A stretch of 64,000 bases of DNA from a virus (Duplodnaviria; Heunggongvirae; Uroviricota; Caudoviricetes): IMG/VR virus record IMGVR_UViG_3300045988_149498; one strand, 5' to 3'. The position numbers were made by a program, and so were the translations under genes. Below are positions 10,254 through 18,838 of the stretch, piece by piece. How positions within the stretch are numbered: the stretch's first letter is position 1; each line of letters begins with the position of its first letter. The notes below the pieces were generated by a model. It had not been told where the DNA came from. It saw only the letters and a list, made by a program, of their open reading frames with translations, and made no database searches.

Positions 10254-11438
10254 TCAAGCCTTAAGAGGCTTTGTGTATGTTCGTGTAATCCAACCAGTAA
10301 TAAACTCATCCCCTGATTTAACCTGCACGTAAAGCCATTGACGATCTTTCTTATCTAAAATAGCAACAATTGTGTTTTTGCCAATGCATTCAATCACTTC
10401 ACTATTTAAAGAAGGACTGACATGTAATCTTACGTTATCACCAGTTATAAACCTAAAACCATTGAGATCTTCCCACTTAATTTCTGTGTTTTCTTTAATT
10501 AATTTTTGTTTTGATATTGGTGCATCCTCATATAGGGATACAGAATATGATTCTGTCTTGTGTATTTGCGATAAGATTTGTTCTTTTGCATAATCAGCAA
10601 TAGCGCCAAGCACCACTTCTGTTAAAAGCCACATAATAATAAACTGAAGCGGGTGAGGGAGCGACTTAAATGAATCAATGAACGTCGAACTGGATTTATT
10701 TAATCCTTTGTCTTGAACATCACTTTCGTTGTGAGATGTTTCAATAGCACCTTCGACATAAGCCTGTGCAATTGATGAAAGACTTTGCTCCATTATTTGA
10801 TGTAATGAAGCCTTTTGCGCTAGGGTATATTGTTTTAATGATTCTTTTATTTCATTGTTTAAATCTATCTTATGACTTACATTTTGTCGCAATTCATTAA
10901 GTATTGCTTGCATGTTATTTAAACCAGCTTGCTTATTAAGCATCTCGAACTGGTTTCGTAACGGCATAGCAATTTCTGCCTGCTTCCTTAGCATTTGAAT
11001 GTATTTATTTGCATCATGCGGGGGATAAACCTTGGCCTGTTTCTGTAGAATTTCAAGAAATTCACGATGCTTGCTATTTATTCTTCTCAAGCTCGTCATG
11101 TTCGCAAGCTGTTTTTTAACAGAATCACTAAGTAACGATTGCAAATTCAATCTTGCTATTTGTTCTTGAGCTAGCCGCCCTATTCTTAACTGTTCTTGCA
11201 AGTTTGCCATATGTTCTCTATACGATGGAATGATTGCGTTTTTTTGCAGTTCTGCCAACTGTCTAACCAAATTATTAGAAGCATATTCTGATTTTAATAA
11301 ATCACTTGCCGATGTATATCCTGGCATTTTGATTTTACTTAAATTATCACGCCAGGTAATATTTGAATCTCTATTATAGAGATCGCTTACTGAGCCAAGT
11401 GCAAGTTTTTTAATATCCTTCACTTTATTCACCGTCAT
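10254..11438 (-). CDS. Low-GC island gene A: helical protein with one predicted transmembrane segment and C-terminal SH3b-like domain, 394 aa
   Basis: AT-rich coding sequence; long N-terminal helical region, hydrophobic segment LQFIIMWLLTEVVLGAIA, C-terminal SH3-like region; start overlaps the stop of gene B by 14 nt. Confidence 0.5.
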   Translation of the reverse strand: MTVNKVKDIKKLALGSVSDLYNRDSNITWRDNLSKIKMPGYTSASDLLKSEYASNNLVRQLAELQKNAIIPSYREHMANLQEQLRIGRLAQEQIARLNLQSLLSDSVKKQLANMTSLRRINSKHREFLEILQKQAKVYPPHDANKYIQMLRKQAEIAMPLRNQFEMLNKQAGLNNMQAILNELRQNVSHKIDLNNEIKESLKQYTLAQKASLHQIMEQSLSSIAQAYVEGAIETSHNESDVQDKGLNKSSSTFIDSFKSLPHPLQFIIMWLLTEVVLGAIADYAKEQILSQIHKTESYSVSLYEDAPISKQKLIKENTEIKWEDLNGFRFITGDNVRLHVSPSLNSEVIECIGKNTIVAILDKKDRQWLYVQVKSGDEFITGWITRTYTKPLKA

Positions 11439-11931
11439 CTTGCTTTAAACATCCATCATTTTTAGCTTCCTTGTAAATACTTGAAATTCCATCAAGAGAG
11501 AATGATGTAATTCGACGCGATCCGATATATACATCCATGTTTTTTTCTTTTGTGGCTGACGCTGACTTCCAAAAAGAATACCATTCCCTACGATTTGGAG
11601 CAGTGTTTTGCGTACCAATATTAAAGCTATCCGAACCAACAATTAAGGTAATTACATCAGCTTTACGAGAAATTGTGTCGCGTGTAGAAAAATCAGCATT
11701 CTCTTTCCCTCCACTTACATACAAATTTCTTCCAGCTATATGATCTTCGGAACCTTCCCTTGCTCCAGCATCACAAGAAAAGTTAATTGTATAACCATCG
11801 TCATTGGTTGCAGAGATTTCTCTCCACCCTTGCTCACCTCCTACCGTCCAAACGGTAGAACCTGCCATTGCTGATAATGGCAGAAAAGAGGACATTAATA
11901 AAAAGCTATACAATGACTTATATAATTTCAT
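11425..11931 (-). CDS. Low-GC island gene B: secreted (signal-peptide) protein, 168 aa
   Basis: N-terminus MKLYKSLYSFLLMSSFLPLSAMA is a typical Sec signal peptide; AAGGA Shine-Dalgarno site upstream. Confidence 0.5.
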   Translation of the reverse strand: MKLYKSLYSFLLMSSFLPLSAMAGSTVWTVGGEQGWREISATNDDGYTINFSCDAGAREGSEDHIAGRNLYVSGGKENADFSTRDTISRKADVITLIVGSDSFNIGTQNTAPNRREWYSFWKSASATKEKNMDVYIGSRRITSFSLDGISSIYKEAKNDGCLKQDDGE

Positions 11932-12019
11932 ATTTTTATCCTTTTTGTTTTAGATATTATAGGCATAGTCCATATTGTTAGATCCACTATGCCCAGAGAA
12001 TTTAATATTATTCATTAAA

Positions 12020-12511
12020 TTATGGAGCTACACCCGGCCCCCTGGCTCGTTCTTCAAGCGTACCCTGCACGTTTTGATGGCGCATTCCTGGGGCATTTCT
12101 GATTGAGTCAATGCCATTTCTTCCAACATCTTCTTTATTAACGGCATTGCTCGCCACCAGCACACCCCAGCTAGGGATAGCAAAATCAGGAGCTGTTTCG
12201 CATGCCTTTACCATATAATCGAAAGTGCTTCGATTGATCTCATTTGCATCGGGGTTTAATAGGCGAGAATATTGGTATTTAGCATTTGCGTTGGTTGAGA
12301 CTTTATACAGTTCCTGCTGCACCATCGCTTCAGAAAGTTTAAGGCGCTTCATATCTGACAGTAACTTCTTGCGCATGGATTCGTCTTCACTGACAGCAAA
12401 TCCGTAAACGTGCCCAAGGTATTTCGTATAATCGGTACAAATCTCCTTTACGCTTGATGCTGCATTAACAGTCCCAGCCATAAATAATAACGGTAGTAAT
12501 AGTTTTCTCAT
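12020..12511 (-). CDS. Low-GC island gene C: secreted protein with C-terminal Sit-like motif, ~163 aa
   Basis: Start refined to the second Met (AGGTGAGG Shine-Dalgarno site). Signal peptide MRKLLLPLLFMAGTVNA. C-terminus NAPGMRHQNVQGTLEERARGPG matches Sit NGRGMRREVVQGTLEERARGKG. Confidence 0.5.
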   Translation of the reverse strand: MRKLLLPLLFMAGTVNAASSVKEICTDYTKYLGHVYGFAVSEDESMRKKLLSDMKRLKLSEAMVQQELYKVSTNANAKYQYSRLLNPDANEINRSTFDYMVKACETAPDFAIPSWGVLVASNAVNKEDVGRNGIDSIRNAPGMRHQNVQGTLEERARGPGVAP

Positions 12512-12607
12512 TATAACCTCACCTGCCTTATAACTCATTTAGGGTACATATTTTCGCCTTTAAAAAAAAGAGGTTATTAGATCCAATTGTGCATTTATTA
12601 AACAAAC

Positions 12608-12624
12608 AATGCTCTAATAAATTT
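12608..12624 (+). promoter_or_regulatory. C1 repressor operator (Op51-like)
   Basis: AATGCTCTAATAAATTT, 16 of 17 matches to consensus ATTGCTCTAATAAATTT; upstream of c4/icd/ant. Confidence 0.6.
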
Positions 12625-12799
12625 GTATTTTTAAGTCACGAATGCTATCTTTTCGCATCATATTGACCTTTTAATCGTTCAGGCTTATAGTTCCGCCGTC
12701 GTAGCAAATTCTGCGACCAGGTTTGACAGCCTGAATGATTGTGCGGACAACCGCAGATTTCCGATATTGCGGTATTTTTGTGTCCGTTAAACCGCGTTA

Positions 12800-12880
12800 C
12801 GCCCAAATTATGGTGGGGCGTGATGGGGAGGCTTCGGCCTGCTGGTTTCACAATCGCCAGTCTGTCAACCCTGTCACGTC
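12800..12880 (+). ncRNA. c4: c4 antisense repressor RNA (approximate position)
   Basis: Segment between two direct repeats (GTTTGACAGC...GATTGTG at ~12721 and ~12891) contains complementary CTGTCAA and CACAATC elements, as in the P1 c4 model. Boundaries are approximate. Confidence 0.35.
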
Positions 12881-12938
12881 CTGCCACCTGTTTGACAGCG
12901 GGTAGCAGGTTGTTAAACCTGATTGTGAGGCCGTAACT

Positions 12939-13160
12939 ATGGTTAATGCCAATCCTTGCGCACGCCAAGAATTCATCTGGCGTTTCTATTCCTGTAAAAA
13001 ACACCACTATCACTTCGTTATCGCAGCAACAGAAGACGAAGCACGCTCTCAATTGCCTGACGGCCCCTGCATTTTTACTGCCCGTTTTTCAACTAACTCG
13101 CGCAATCCACTTAGTTACTGGAGCCTCCCCTTCTCTGCCGACGTTCAGGGGGGTTTATGA
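12939..13160 (+). CDS. icd: Icd-like small protein, 73 aa, overlapping the ant start
   Basis: 73-codon ORF with GTGAGG Shine-Dalgarno site; its ribosome-binding region is the predicted c4 target; stop overlaps ant ATG. Confidence 0.45.
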   Translation: MVNANPCARQEFIWRFYSCKKHHYHFVIAATEDEARSQLPDGPCIFTARFSTNSRNPLSYWSLPFSADVQGGL

Positions 13161-14200
13161 AAAAACCTCTCGTCACCCGTAATGACATAGCCGAAGCGAT
13201 CGCCCTGCATACTGCCTGTATGCCGACACGGGAGATCCCCGGCGCAATTGCCAACTATTTCATGATAACCAGACGTTTTTATACCCGAACAGATAAGGCT
13301 GTGATCAACAAGCTACTGATAGCCGAGATCAGGGATTATTTGATTGAACAAGGACGTCTACGTTACGCAACAGTGGCAGCAGAAATGAGAAAGGAGGCAC
13401 ATAGAATGACCGGTAATAATTTGAATGTTGAAAAAACAGCACCTGTTACGTCAGCTACGCCAGCACCAGCCGTGAATATCATCCCCAACACCGGAGACAC
13501 AATCGACAGCCTGACACTGTTAAAGATGGTCAATGAAGCGCGTAAGTTATGTGGGGAACCAGAGGTTCGGAACAACAAATTCATCGAAAAAATACTCGAC
13601 GAATTAGAAGGTGAGGACGGTTACACAAAAAGTGCAACCGTGCCGCCAGGTGGCGGTACGCCTATGGTTGTCATAACCATGACCTACAAACAAGCCCTGC
13701 GAGTCGCCGCACGCGAATCAAAAGCCGTCCGCCGTTCGCTGATCGACAAACTGGAAGAATTGCAGCAGGCAAACTCCCCTACCCCATCGATCCCCCAAAC
13801 ATTACCAGAAGCTCTACGCCTGGCTGCCGAGTTAGCAGAACAGAAAATGCAGCTGGAACAACAGCTGGTGGCCGCTGCCCCTAAAGTCGATTTTGCCGAC
13901 CGGGTATCAGTGGCTAATGGAATCCTGATCGGGAACTTTGCAAAGGTCGTTGGACTTAAGCAAAACGCCCTTTTCTCATGGTTGCGCCAGAATGGCATTC
14001 TCATGGCTTTTGGAGCGCGCAAAAACGTACCGCGCCAACAGTACATCAACGCCGGGTATTTCACGGTGAAAGAAGTGGTGCTGGATGATGAAAATGGCTA
14101 CCAGATACGGCTGACGCCCCAATTAACGGGTAAAGGCCAGCAGTGGTTAACTCGCAAGCTACTTGATGCTGGTTTGTTAAAACCAGTAGCAATAGGTTAA
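13157..14200 (+). CDS. ant: Antirepressor Ant (KilAC/ANT C-terminal domain), 347 aa
   Basis: C-terminal region (LPEALRLAAELAEQK...GNFAKVVGL...GKGQQWL) is a phage antirepressor domain shared with the next gene; position follows c4/icd. Confidence 0.7.
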   Translation: MKKPLVTRNDIAEAIALHTACMPTREIPGAIANYFMITRRFYTRTDKAVINKLLIAEIRDYLIEQGRLRYATVAAEMRKEAHRMTGNNLNVEKTAPVTSATPAPAVNIIPNTGDTIDSLTLLKMVNEARKLCGEPEVRNNKFIEKILDELEGEDGYTKSATVPPGGGTPMVVITMTYKQALRVAARESKAVRRSLIDKLEELQQANSPTPSIPQTLPEALRLAAELAEQKMQLEQQLVAAAPKVDFADRVSVANGILIGNFAKVVGLKQNALFSWLRQNGILMAFGARKNVPRQQYINAGYFTVKEVVLDDENGYQIRLTPQLTGKGQQWLTRKLLDAGLLKPVAIG

Positions 14201-14204
14201 CAAA

Positions 14205-14237
14205 AGAAAAAAACCTGCCAGCAAACTGGCAGGTTTC
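14205..14237 (+). terminator. Hairpin terminator after ant
   Basis: Perfect inverted repeat CCTGCCAG-caaa-CTGGCAGG flanked by an A-run and followed by TTT. Confidence 0.4.
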
Positions 14238-14278
14238 TGAGCAGATCGTCCAACCCGATCTGGATCGAGTTAGAAAAA

Positions 14279-14295
14279 TTTGCTCTAATAAATTT
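14279..14295 (+). promoter_or_regulatory. C1 operator upstream of kilA-repL (Op53-like)
   Basis: TTTGCTCTAATAAATTT, 16 of 17 matches to the C1 operator consensus. Confidence 0.6.
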
Positions 14296-14364
14296 CGTTT
14301 TCTAAGTGCAAAGAATCACCATTTCGAGCTGGTGATTGAAGGTTGATGCAAATTTGGAGAAAAA

Positions 14365-15165
14365 ATGCAACAAACATTCAATGCGGATATGAATATATCA
14401 AACCTTCATCAAAATGTCGATCCTTCAACCACTCTGCCTGTTATTTGTGGTGTTGAAATTACGACCGACCGCGCTGGCCGTTACAACCTTAATGCTCTAC
14501 ACAGAGCGAGCGGACTCGGTGCCCATAAAGCGCCAGCTCAATGGCTAAGAACGCTGTCAGCCAAACAGCTCATCGAAGAGCTTGAAAAAGAAACTATGCA
14601 GAATTGCATAGTTTCGTTCGAAGGCCGTGGCGGCGGCACTTTTGCCCATGAATTGCTCGCAGTGGAGTACGCAGGCTGGATTTCTCCCGCGTTTCGGCTG
14701 AAGGTAAACCAGACATTTATCGACTATCGAGCCGGAAGATTACAACCTGCTATTCCGAAGAGCCTCCCAGAAGCTCTCCGTTTGGCTGCTGACCTGGCAG
14801 AGCAAAAGCAACGGCTGGAGCAAAAAATGCTGATGGATGCACCTAAAGTCGAATTCGCCGAACGCGTTGCTACCGCCAGCGGGGTTCTAATCGGCAACTA
14901 TGCCAAAGTGCTCGGCCTGGGCCAAAACTATCTCTTCACCTGGTTGCGTGATAACGGAATTCTGATCGCAACCGGTGAACGCAGGAACGTCCCCAAACAA
15001 GAATACATATCCCGTGGGTATTTCACCCTTAAAGAAACCGTGATCGATACAAGCAATGGAAGCAGGATTTCTTTCACGACTCGTATAACCGGCAAAGGTC
15101 AGCAGTGGCTGATGAAGCGATTGCTTGATGCTGGTGTGCTGGTACCTGTCGCGGCAACGCGCTAA
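14365..15165 (+). CDS. kilA: KilA (KilA-N plus ANT-domain protein), 266 aa
   Basis: C-terminal ANT domain paralogous to Ant; immediately precedes repL as in P1. Confidence 0.65.
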   Translation: MQQTFNADMNISNLHQNVDPSTTLPVICGVEITTDRAGRYNLNALHRASGLGAHKAPAQWLRTLSAKQLIEELEKETMQNCIVSFEGRGGGTFAHELLAVEYAGWISPAFRLKVNQTFIDYRAGRLQPAIPKSLPEALRLAADLAEQKQRLEQKMLMDAPKVEFAERVATASGVLIGNYAKVLGLGQNYLFTWLRDNGILIATGERRNVPKQEYISRGYFTLKETVIDTSNGSRISFTTRITGKGQQWLMKRLLDAGVLVPVAATR

Positions 15166-15194
15166 CAGACGTAGTAAGAACCACCAGCATTGTA

Positions 15195-16040
15195 ATGCTG
15201 GCTAAAGTCACTTTCCTGAGCTGTATAACGATGAGCGATTTTACTTTTTCTGGCTATGAATTGGCCTGCTTTGTAACACACTCCGGTCTATCCCGTAGCG
15301 CCGGGCATATCCTGTCGCAATGTGCAAATCTCGCGGCAACAACCAGTGAATACTTCATTCACAAGCCTCACCGCCTGATCGCGGCAGAAACTGGTTATAG
15401 CCAATCAACCGTCGTTCGTGCATTCCGTGAAGCTGTAAACAAAGGAATTCTGTCTGTAGAGATTGTTATCGGCGATCACCGTGAACGTCGCGCTAACCTG
15501 TACCGGTTTACACCATCCTTTTTGGCCTTCGCACAACAAGCCAAAAATGCGCTGATTGAAAGCAAATTAAAGATCTCTTCAGCGGCAACCAAGGTTAAAG
15601 CTGTTCTCGCTAAGACATTGGCTTTATTTAATTTTTTATCCACACCCCCATGTCAAAATGATACCCCCTCCCCCTGTCAGGATGACGTGGCAATAAAGAA
15701 TAAGAAGTCACAAGTTAAAAAAACAAAAAGATCAGTTTCCGGCGGTGCCGGAACGACCAGACTCAAAAAATTGACTTCATGGATCGCTGAGGCAAAAGCA
15801 AAGGCTGACAATCTGCGGTTATCCAAAAAACGCGCTCAAAAACATGAGTTCAAGCAGAAGGTAGAGGCGGCAGCGCGGAAATATGCTTACCTGAAGAACA
15901 AGCGTTCTCCTGATATTGGCGGGGTATCAAACTTCGATAATCTGCCGCATTGCATGACGGTAAACGAAGCTCTTAATGCGGTTTTAGCCAAAAATAAAGA
16001 TAACGAACAATGGGGTATACCGGCAGGATTCAGAGGGTGA
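15195..16040 (+). CDS. repL: RepL lytic replication initiator, 281 aa
   Basis: 281-aa ORF downstream of kilA under a C1 operator; RepL-family features; the lytic origin is expected within the gene. Confidence 0.7.
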   Translation: MLAKVTFLSCITMSDFTFSGYELACFVTHSGLSRSAGHILSQCANLAATTSEYFIHKPHRLIAAETGYSQSTVVRAFREAVNKGILSVEIVIGDHRERRANLYRFTPSFLAFAQQAKNALIESKLKISSAATKVKAVLAKTLALFNFLSTPPCQNDTPSPCQDDVAIKNKKSQVKKTKRSVSGGAGTTRLKKLTSWIAEAKAKADNLRLSKKRAQKHEFKQKVEAAARKYAYLKNKRSPDIGGVSNFDNLPHCMTVNEALNAVLAKNKDNEQWGIPAGFRG

Positions 16041-16090
16041 TAGATTGCTCTAATCTGGAGTCACCTGGCGTTTTCAGTTTGAGGTCGGAG

Positions 16091-16336
16091 ATGCAATCTG
16101 ATTTTTTACAGTTAGCGATCGCTTTTGCAGGATATGTTTGTATTGGCTTCTGTGTATACATGTTCAGCCGAAAAATGCTTGTCGATATCGACCGCAAAGA
16201 ACAAGCAGAGGAGATCTTAGTATGGATTTTCTTTGGCGCGGTCTGGCCATTAGGGATCATGTTTGCTGCAACATTTCTTCTGATGTGGATATTCACCCTT
16301 CCAGGTGATTTCTATAGAAAAAAAGCCAGACATTGA
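16091..16336 (+). CDS. Small two-helix membrane protein, ~81 aa
   Basis: Start refined to an ATG preceded by GAGGTCGGAG; two hydrophobic helices (LAIAFAGYVCIGFCVYMF, GAVWPLGIMFAATFLLMWIF). Confidence 0.4.
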   Translation: MQSDFLQLAIAFAGYVCIGFCVYMFSRKMLVDIDRKEQAEEILVWIFFGAVWPLGIMFAATFLLMWIFTLPGDFYRKKARH

Positions 16337-16439
16337 TACAATCGTTGCGGGTGCTTGAGGCTATCTGCTTCAGGCATGACCCGAAAAGCAGATAGAAGAA
16401 AGCCCCAGATAACATTACGCGTCCTGCAAGACGCTTAAC

Positions 16440-16520
16440 ATTAATCTGAGGCCATATCTATGCTTAGCATACGTAGATTAGCCTCTTACCGACCAAAAGG
16501 TCAAGGAGAAGCAGGCTATG
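16440..16520 (-). ncRNA. Sok-like antisense RNA (position inferred, not resolved)
   Basis: Inferred from hok/mok architecture only; promoter not confidently identified. Confidence 0.2.
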
Positions 16521-16666
16521 AAGCAGCAAAAAGCGATGTTAATCGCTCTGATCGTCATCTGTTTAACCGTCATTGTGACGGCACTGGTAACGAGGAAAGA
16601 CCTCTGCGAGGTACGAATCCGAACCGGCCAGACGGAGGTCACTGTCTTCACAGCCTACGAATCTGA
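16460..16666 (+). CDS. mok-like overlapping reading frame of the hok locus
   Basis: 68-codon ORF beginning upstream of, and overlapping, the hok frame, as in hok/mok loci. Confidence 0.35.
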   Translation: MLSIRRLASYRPKGQGEAGYEAAKSDVNRSDRHLFNRHCDGTGNEERPLRGTNPNRPDGGHCLHSLRI

Positions 16667-16673
16667 AAGGTAA
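16518..16673 (+). CDS. hok: Hok/Gef-family type I toxin, 51 aa
   Basis: MKQQKAMLIALIVICLTVIVTALVTRKDLCEVRIRTGQTEVTVFTAYESER aligns with Hok (LTRKSLCEIRYRDG...EVAAFMAYES); AAGGAG Shine-Dalgarno site; 3' hairpin GGCGGGGA-gtga-TCCCCGCC at 16681-16700. Confidence 0.8.
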   Translation: MKQQKAMLIALIVICLTVIVTALVTRKDLCEVRIRTGQTEVTVFTAYESER

Positions 16674-17027
16674 GAGACCTGGCGGGGAGTGATCCCCGCC
16701 ACTCTTCGTGTGTCTGGTAACCTCAATGCACCCTTTTCTCCCCAATAGTGTAAAACACAATGAAGTAGAAGGAGTTATTTCACATCATGCAAAGATTCAG
16801 ACCATATCTCCCAATAGCCTTCGCGACATGATGACTTTCAGAAATATCTAGCTGTTAACAAAATTCCATACTTGCTTTGCTAATACCACCTAGATTATAT
16901 ATGGAAAAATACACCTAAAACTTAAACAAATTATATCCACAACAAACATCCATCTATTAGGATTAAAATTAATTTAATAATAAATAATACAACACCGGTT
17001 CATTTTCTAACAAACCGGTGGGCACCA

Positions 17028-18020
17028 TTATTGGAATAACTTACTGATTACATTAAAAACATTAAGGGCGTTACTTGCCACACTAGACATCTTGGCTGAA
17101 TTTTTTTCGATTGAGTCAAGAACACTTTCGACTTCCGATAAAGTTCTTCTGCTATCTGCATCTTTTCCTGAGTCTATCGCATCTTTAATTGCAGATATAG
17201 CAGACTCTAAATTCTCCTTAAACTCACCTGTCGTCTCATCCTTCAAGAGAAGTTCTAACTCTTGTTTAAGTTTTTCCAATGATGCTCTTTTCTCATCAGT
17301 TTTACTAATCTTCCCTGAATAACTGACACAAACACATTCTCTTTTATTGCAGACAGGACAACCATTTAGATAATAACTTTCAAACGCCTCGCCAAGATCA
17401 TCATCTTTAAAAATAATCCCCCATAAAGAAAACAACCAAGCATATATATCAGCACACTCTTCATGAAGATTTTCTTTGTTGTAATTTTTATCTTCAATTG
17501 ATTTAGCATAAGCCTCTTGCAACTCACCCAACTCTTCGAATAACCTGGATGAATGATAAAACCCACCAAAAGTAGACCAAATGGTTCTATTCGACGGATA
17601 GATATCATTAATCATTCGTGGCGCATAAGGCGGAAATTGCATAGGTTTAATAGCGTTATATTTATTGAAAAGCTCATCTTTAATTCCTTTTGCGCTTCTT
17701 ATTTTCTCTGGCTTTCTGTGTGTTTGAGAACAGGAACAAGGCGCCCCTAAGCAATAAGGACAGCAACTAGGGAATTTTTTATAAAATGCTTCCTGTGGTT
17801 GTATTTCAAGTTTATCACAGATTGCAAAAAGCCAAGACAATGCTTCTATATAGGTATTTTTTAATAATTCTTTATCCTGATTACCATCACGAATAAACTC
17901 ACGTGTTAAATAAGCTGTTTTCCTTGTCAGATAAGAGTACATATACTCAAATGATTTTTCTTCATTTTTTTTGCTGTAAATACCTACAATAATATTGCTC
18001 ATATCATTGATACGTAACAT
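17028..18020 (-). CDS. Tandem MazG-like (all-alpha NTP pyrophosphohydrolase-like) protein with two CxxC-type zinc ribbons and acidic coiled-coil tail, ~330 aa
   Basis: Low-GC gene. Start refined to ATG preceded by AAGAGGAA. Motifs FEELGELQEAYA and HEECADIYAWL, plus a degenerate first copy; CPYCLGAPCSC and CPVCNKRECVC; terminator hairpin at ~17000-17030. Confidence 0.55.
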   Translation of the reverse strand: MLRINDMSNIIVGIYSKKNEEKSFEYMYSYLTRKTAYLTREFIRDGNQDKELLKNTYIEALSWLFAICDKLEIQPQEAFYKKFPSCCPYCLGAPCSCSQTHRKPEKIRSAKGIKDELFNKYNAIKPMQFPPYAPRMINDIYPSNRTIWSTFGGFYHSSRLFEELGELQEAYAKSIEDKNYNKENLHEECADIYAWLFSLWGIIFKDDDLGEAFESYYLNGCPVCNKRECVCVSYSGKISKTDEKRASLEKLKQELELLLKDETTGEFKENLESAISAIKDAIDSGKDADSRRTLSEVESVLDSIEKNSAKMSSVASNALNVFNVISKLFQ

Positions 18021-18317
18021 GACATTCCTCTTAAATAAGCCAATACTTCCTAGAACCATATATGCTTCGACAAAGATTAACGGACATCTTGCCTTCACAA
18101 ACTTTGACGCTACATAAATTTAACCATGTGCATACTAAATATTTAAGGTAGAAAAGTATAGGAGTATTTATTAATAGGTAACTGTTAGTTTACACTCACT
18201 TCATACCAGAGTATTTACAAGATGTTATTTTACTCTATTCGCTAGGCGGTGGAATGCGGTTGTATCAAGGGGAGGTAAACCTCCCCCGAAGAAGATTAAA
18301 AGTACAAGGGATAACAC

Positions 18318-18827
18318 TTAATCCCACTCAATCCAGTTGTAGACGATACGAAGTGACGGGCGCACAGCGGCAGTCACATCTTCGGTACTAAAGTCGATTG
18401 CATCACTGTAGATTTTGCAGTCCAACATTTCAATTGTTGTAGCAGCTTTTGTCACAGCGTTAACCCCGGAAGATTTGGATTCAGGGGTAGCAGCCATCGT
18501 GATATCAACATAGTCCTTCGCCGCAATGCGATCTTTAATGAACTGAAGAATATCGCCTTCGATAGTCTCCACGCACTGGACCTGGATTTCCCCAGAGTTT
18601 CGAATTGGACCGTGCTGATTGAACTTCACACCATTCGGACCATAGTCCTCCACATCCTCGCGGGTCATTTCAGGAATTTGCGACGTGCGAACCAGTACGC
18701 TGATATCTTCATGGCCTGCAAAAGTGAGCTGGAATTCAGAAGATACCAGTCGTTCGCCTTTGGCCGCGTTGGCAGTATAGCGGCCCTTAATAAATTTACG
18801 GTTTCCCTTAGTGTTATTGTGCCCCAT
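18318..18827 (-). CDS. Hypothetical tail/baseplate protein, 169 aa
   Basis: ORF with AAGGA Shine-Dalgarno site in the structural operon downstream of the sheath gene. Confidence 0.4.
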   Translation of the reverse strand: MGHNNTKGNRKFIKGRYTANAAKGERLVSSEFQLTFAGHEDISVLVRTSQIPEMTREDVEDYGPNGVKFNQHGPIRNSGEIQVQCVETIEGDILQFIKDRIAAKDYVDITMAATPESKSSGVNAVTKAATTIEMLDCKIYSDAIDFSTEDVTAAVRPSLRIVYNWIEWD

Positions 18828-18838
18828 ATAAAATCCTT

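Noticed and set aside
12645-13052. 135-aa minus-strand ORF
   Set aside because: It overlaps the c4/icd regulatory region and the icd start antisense to a well-organised plus-strand operon; Cys-rich odd composition; judged spurious.
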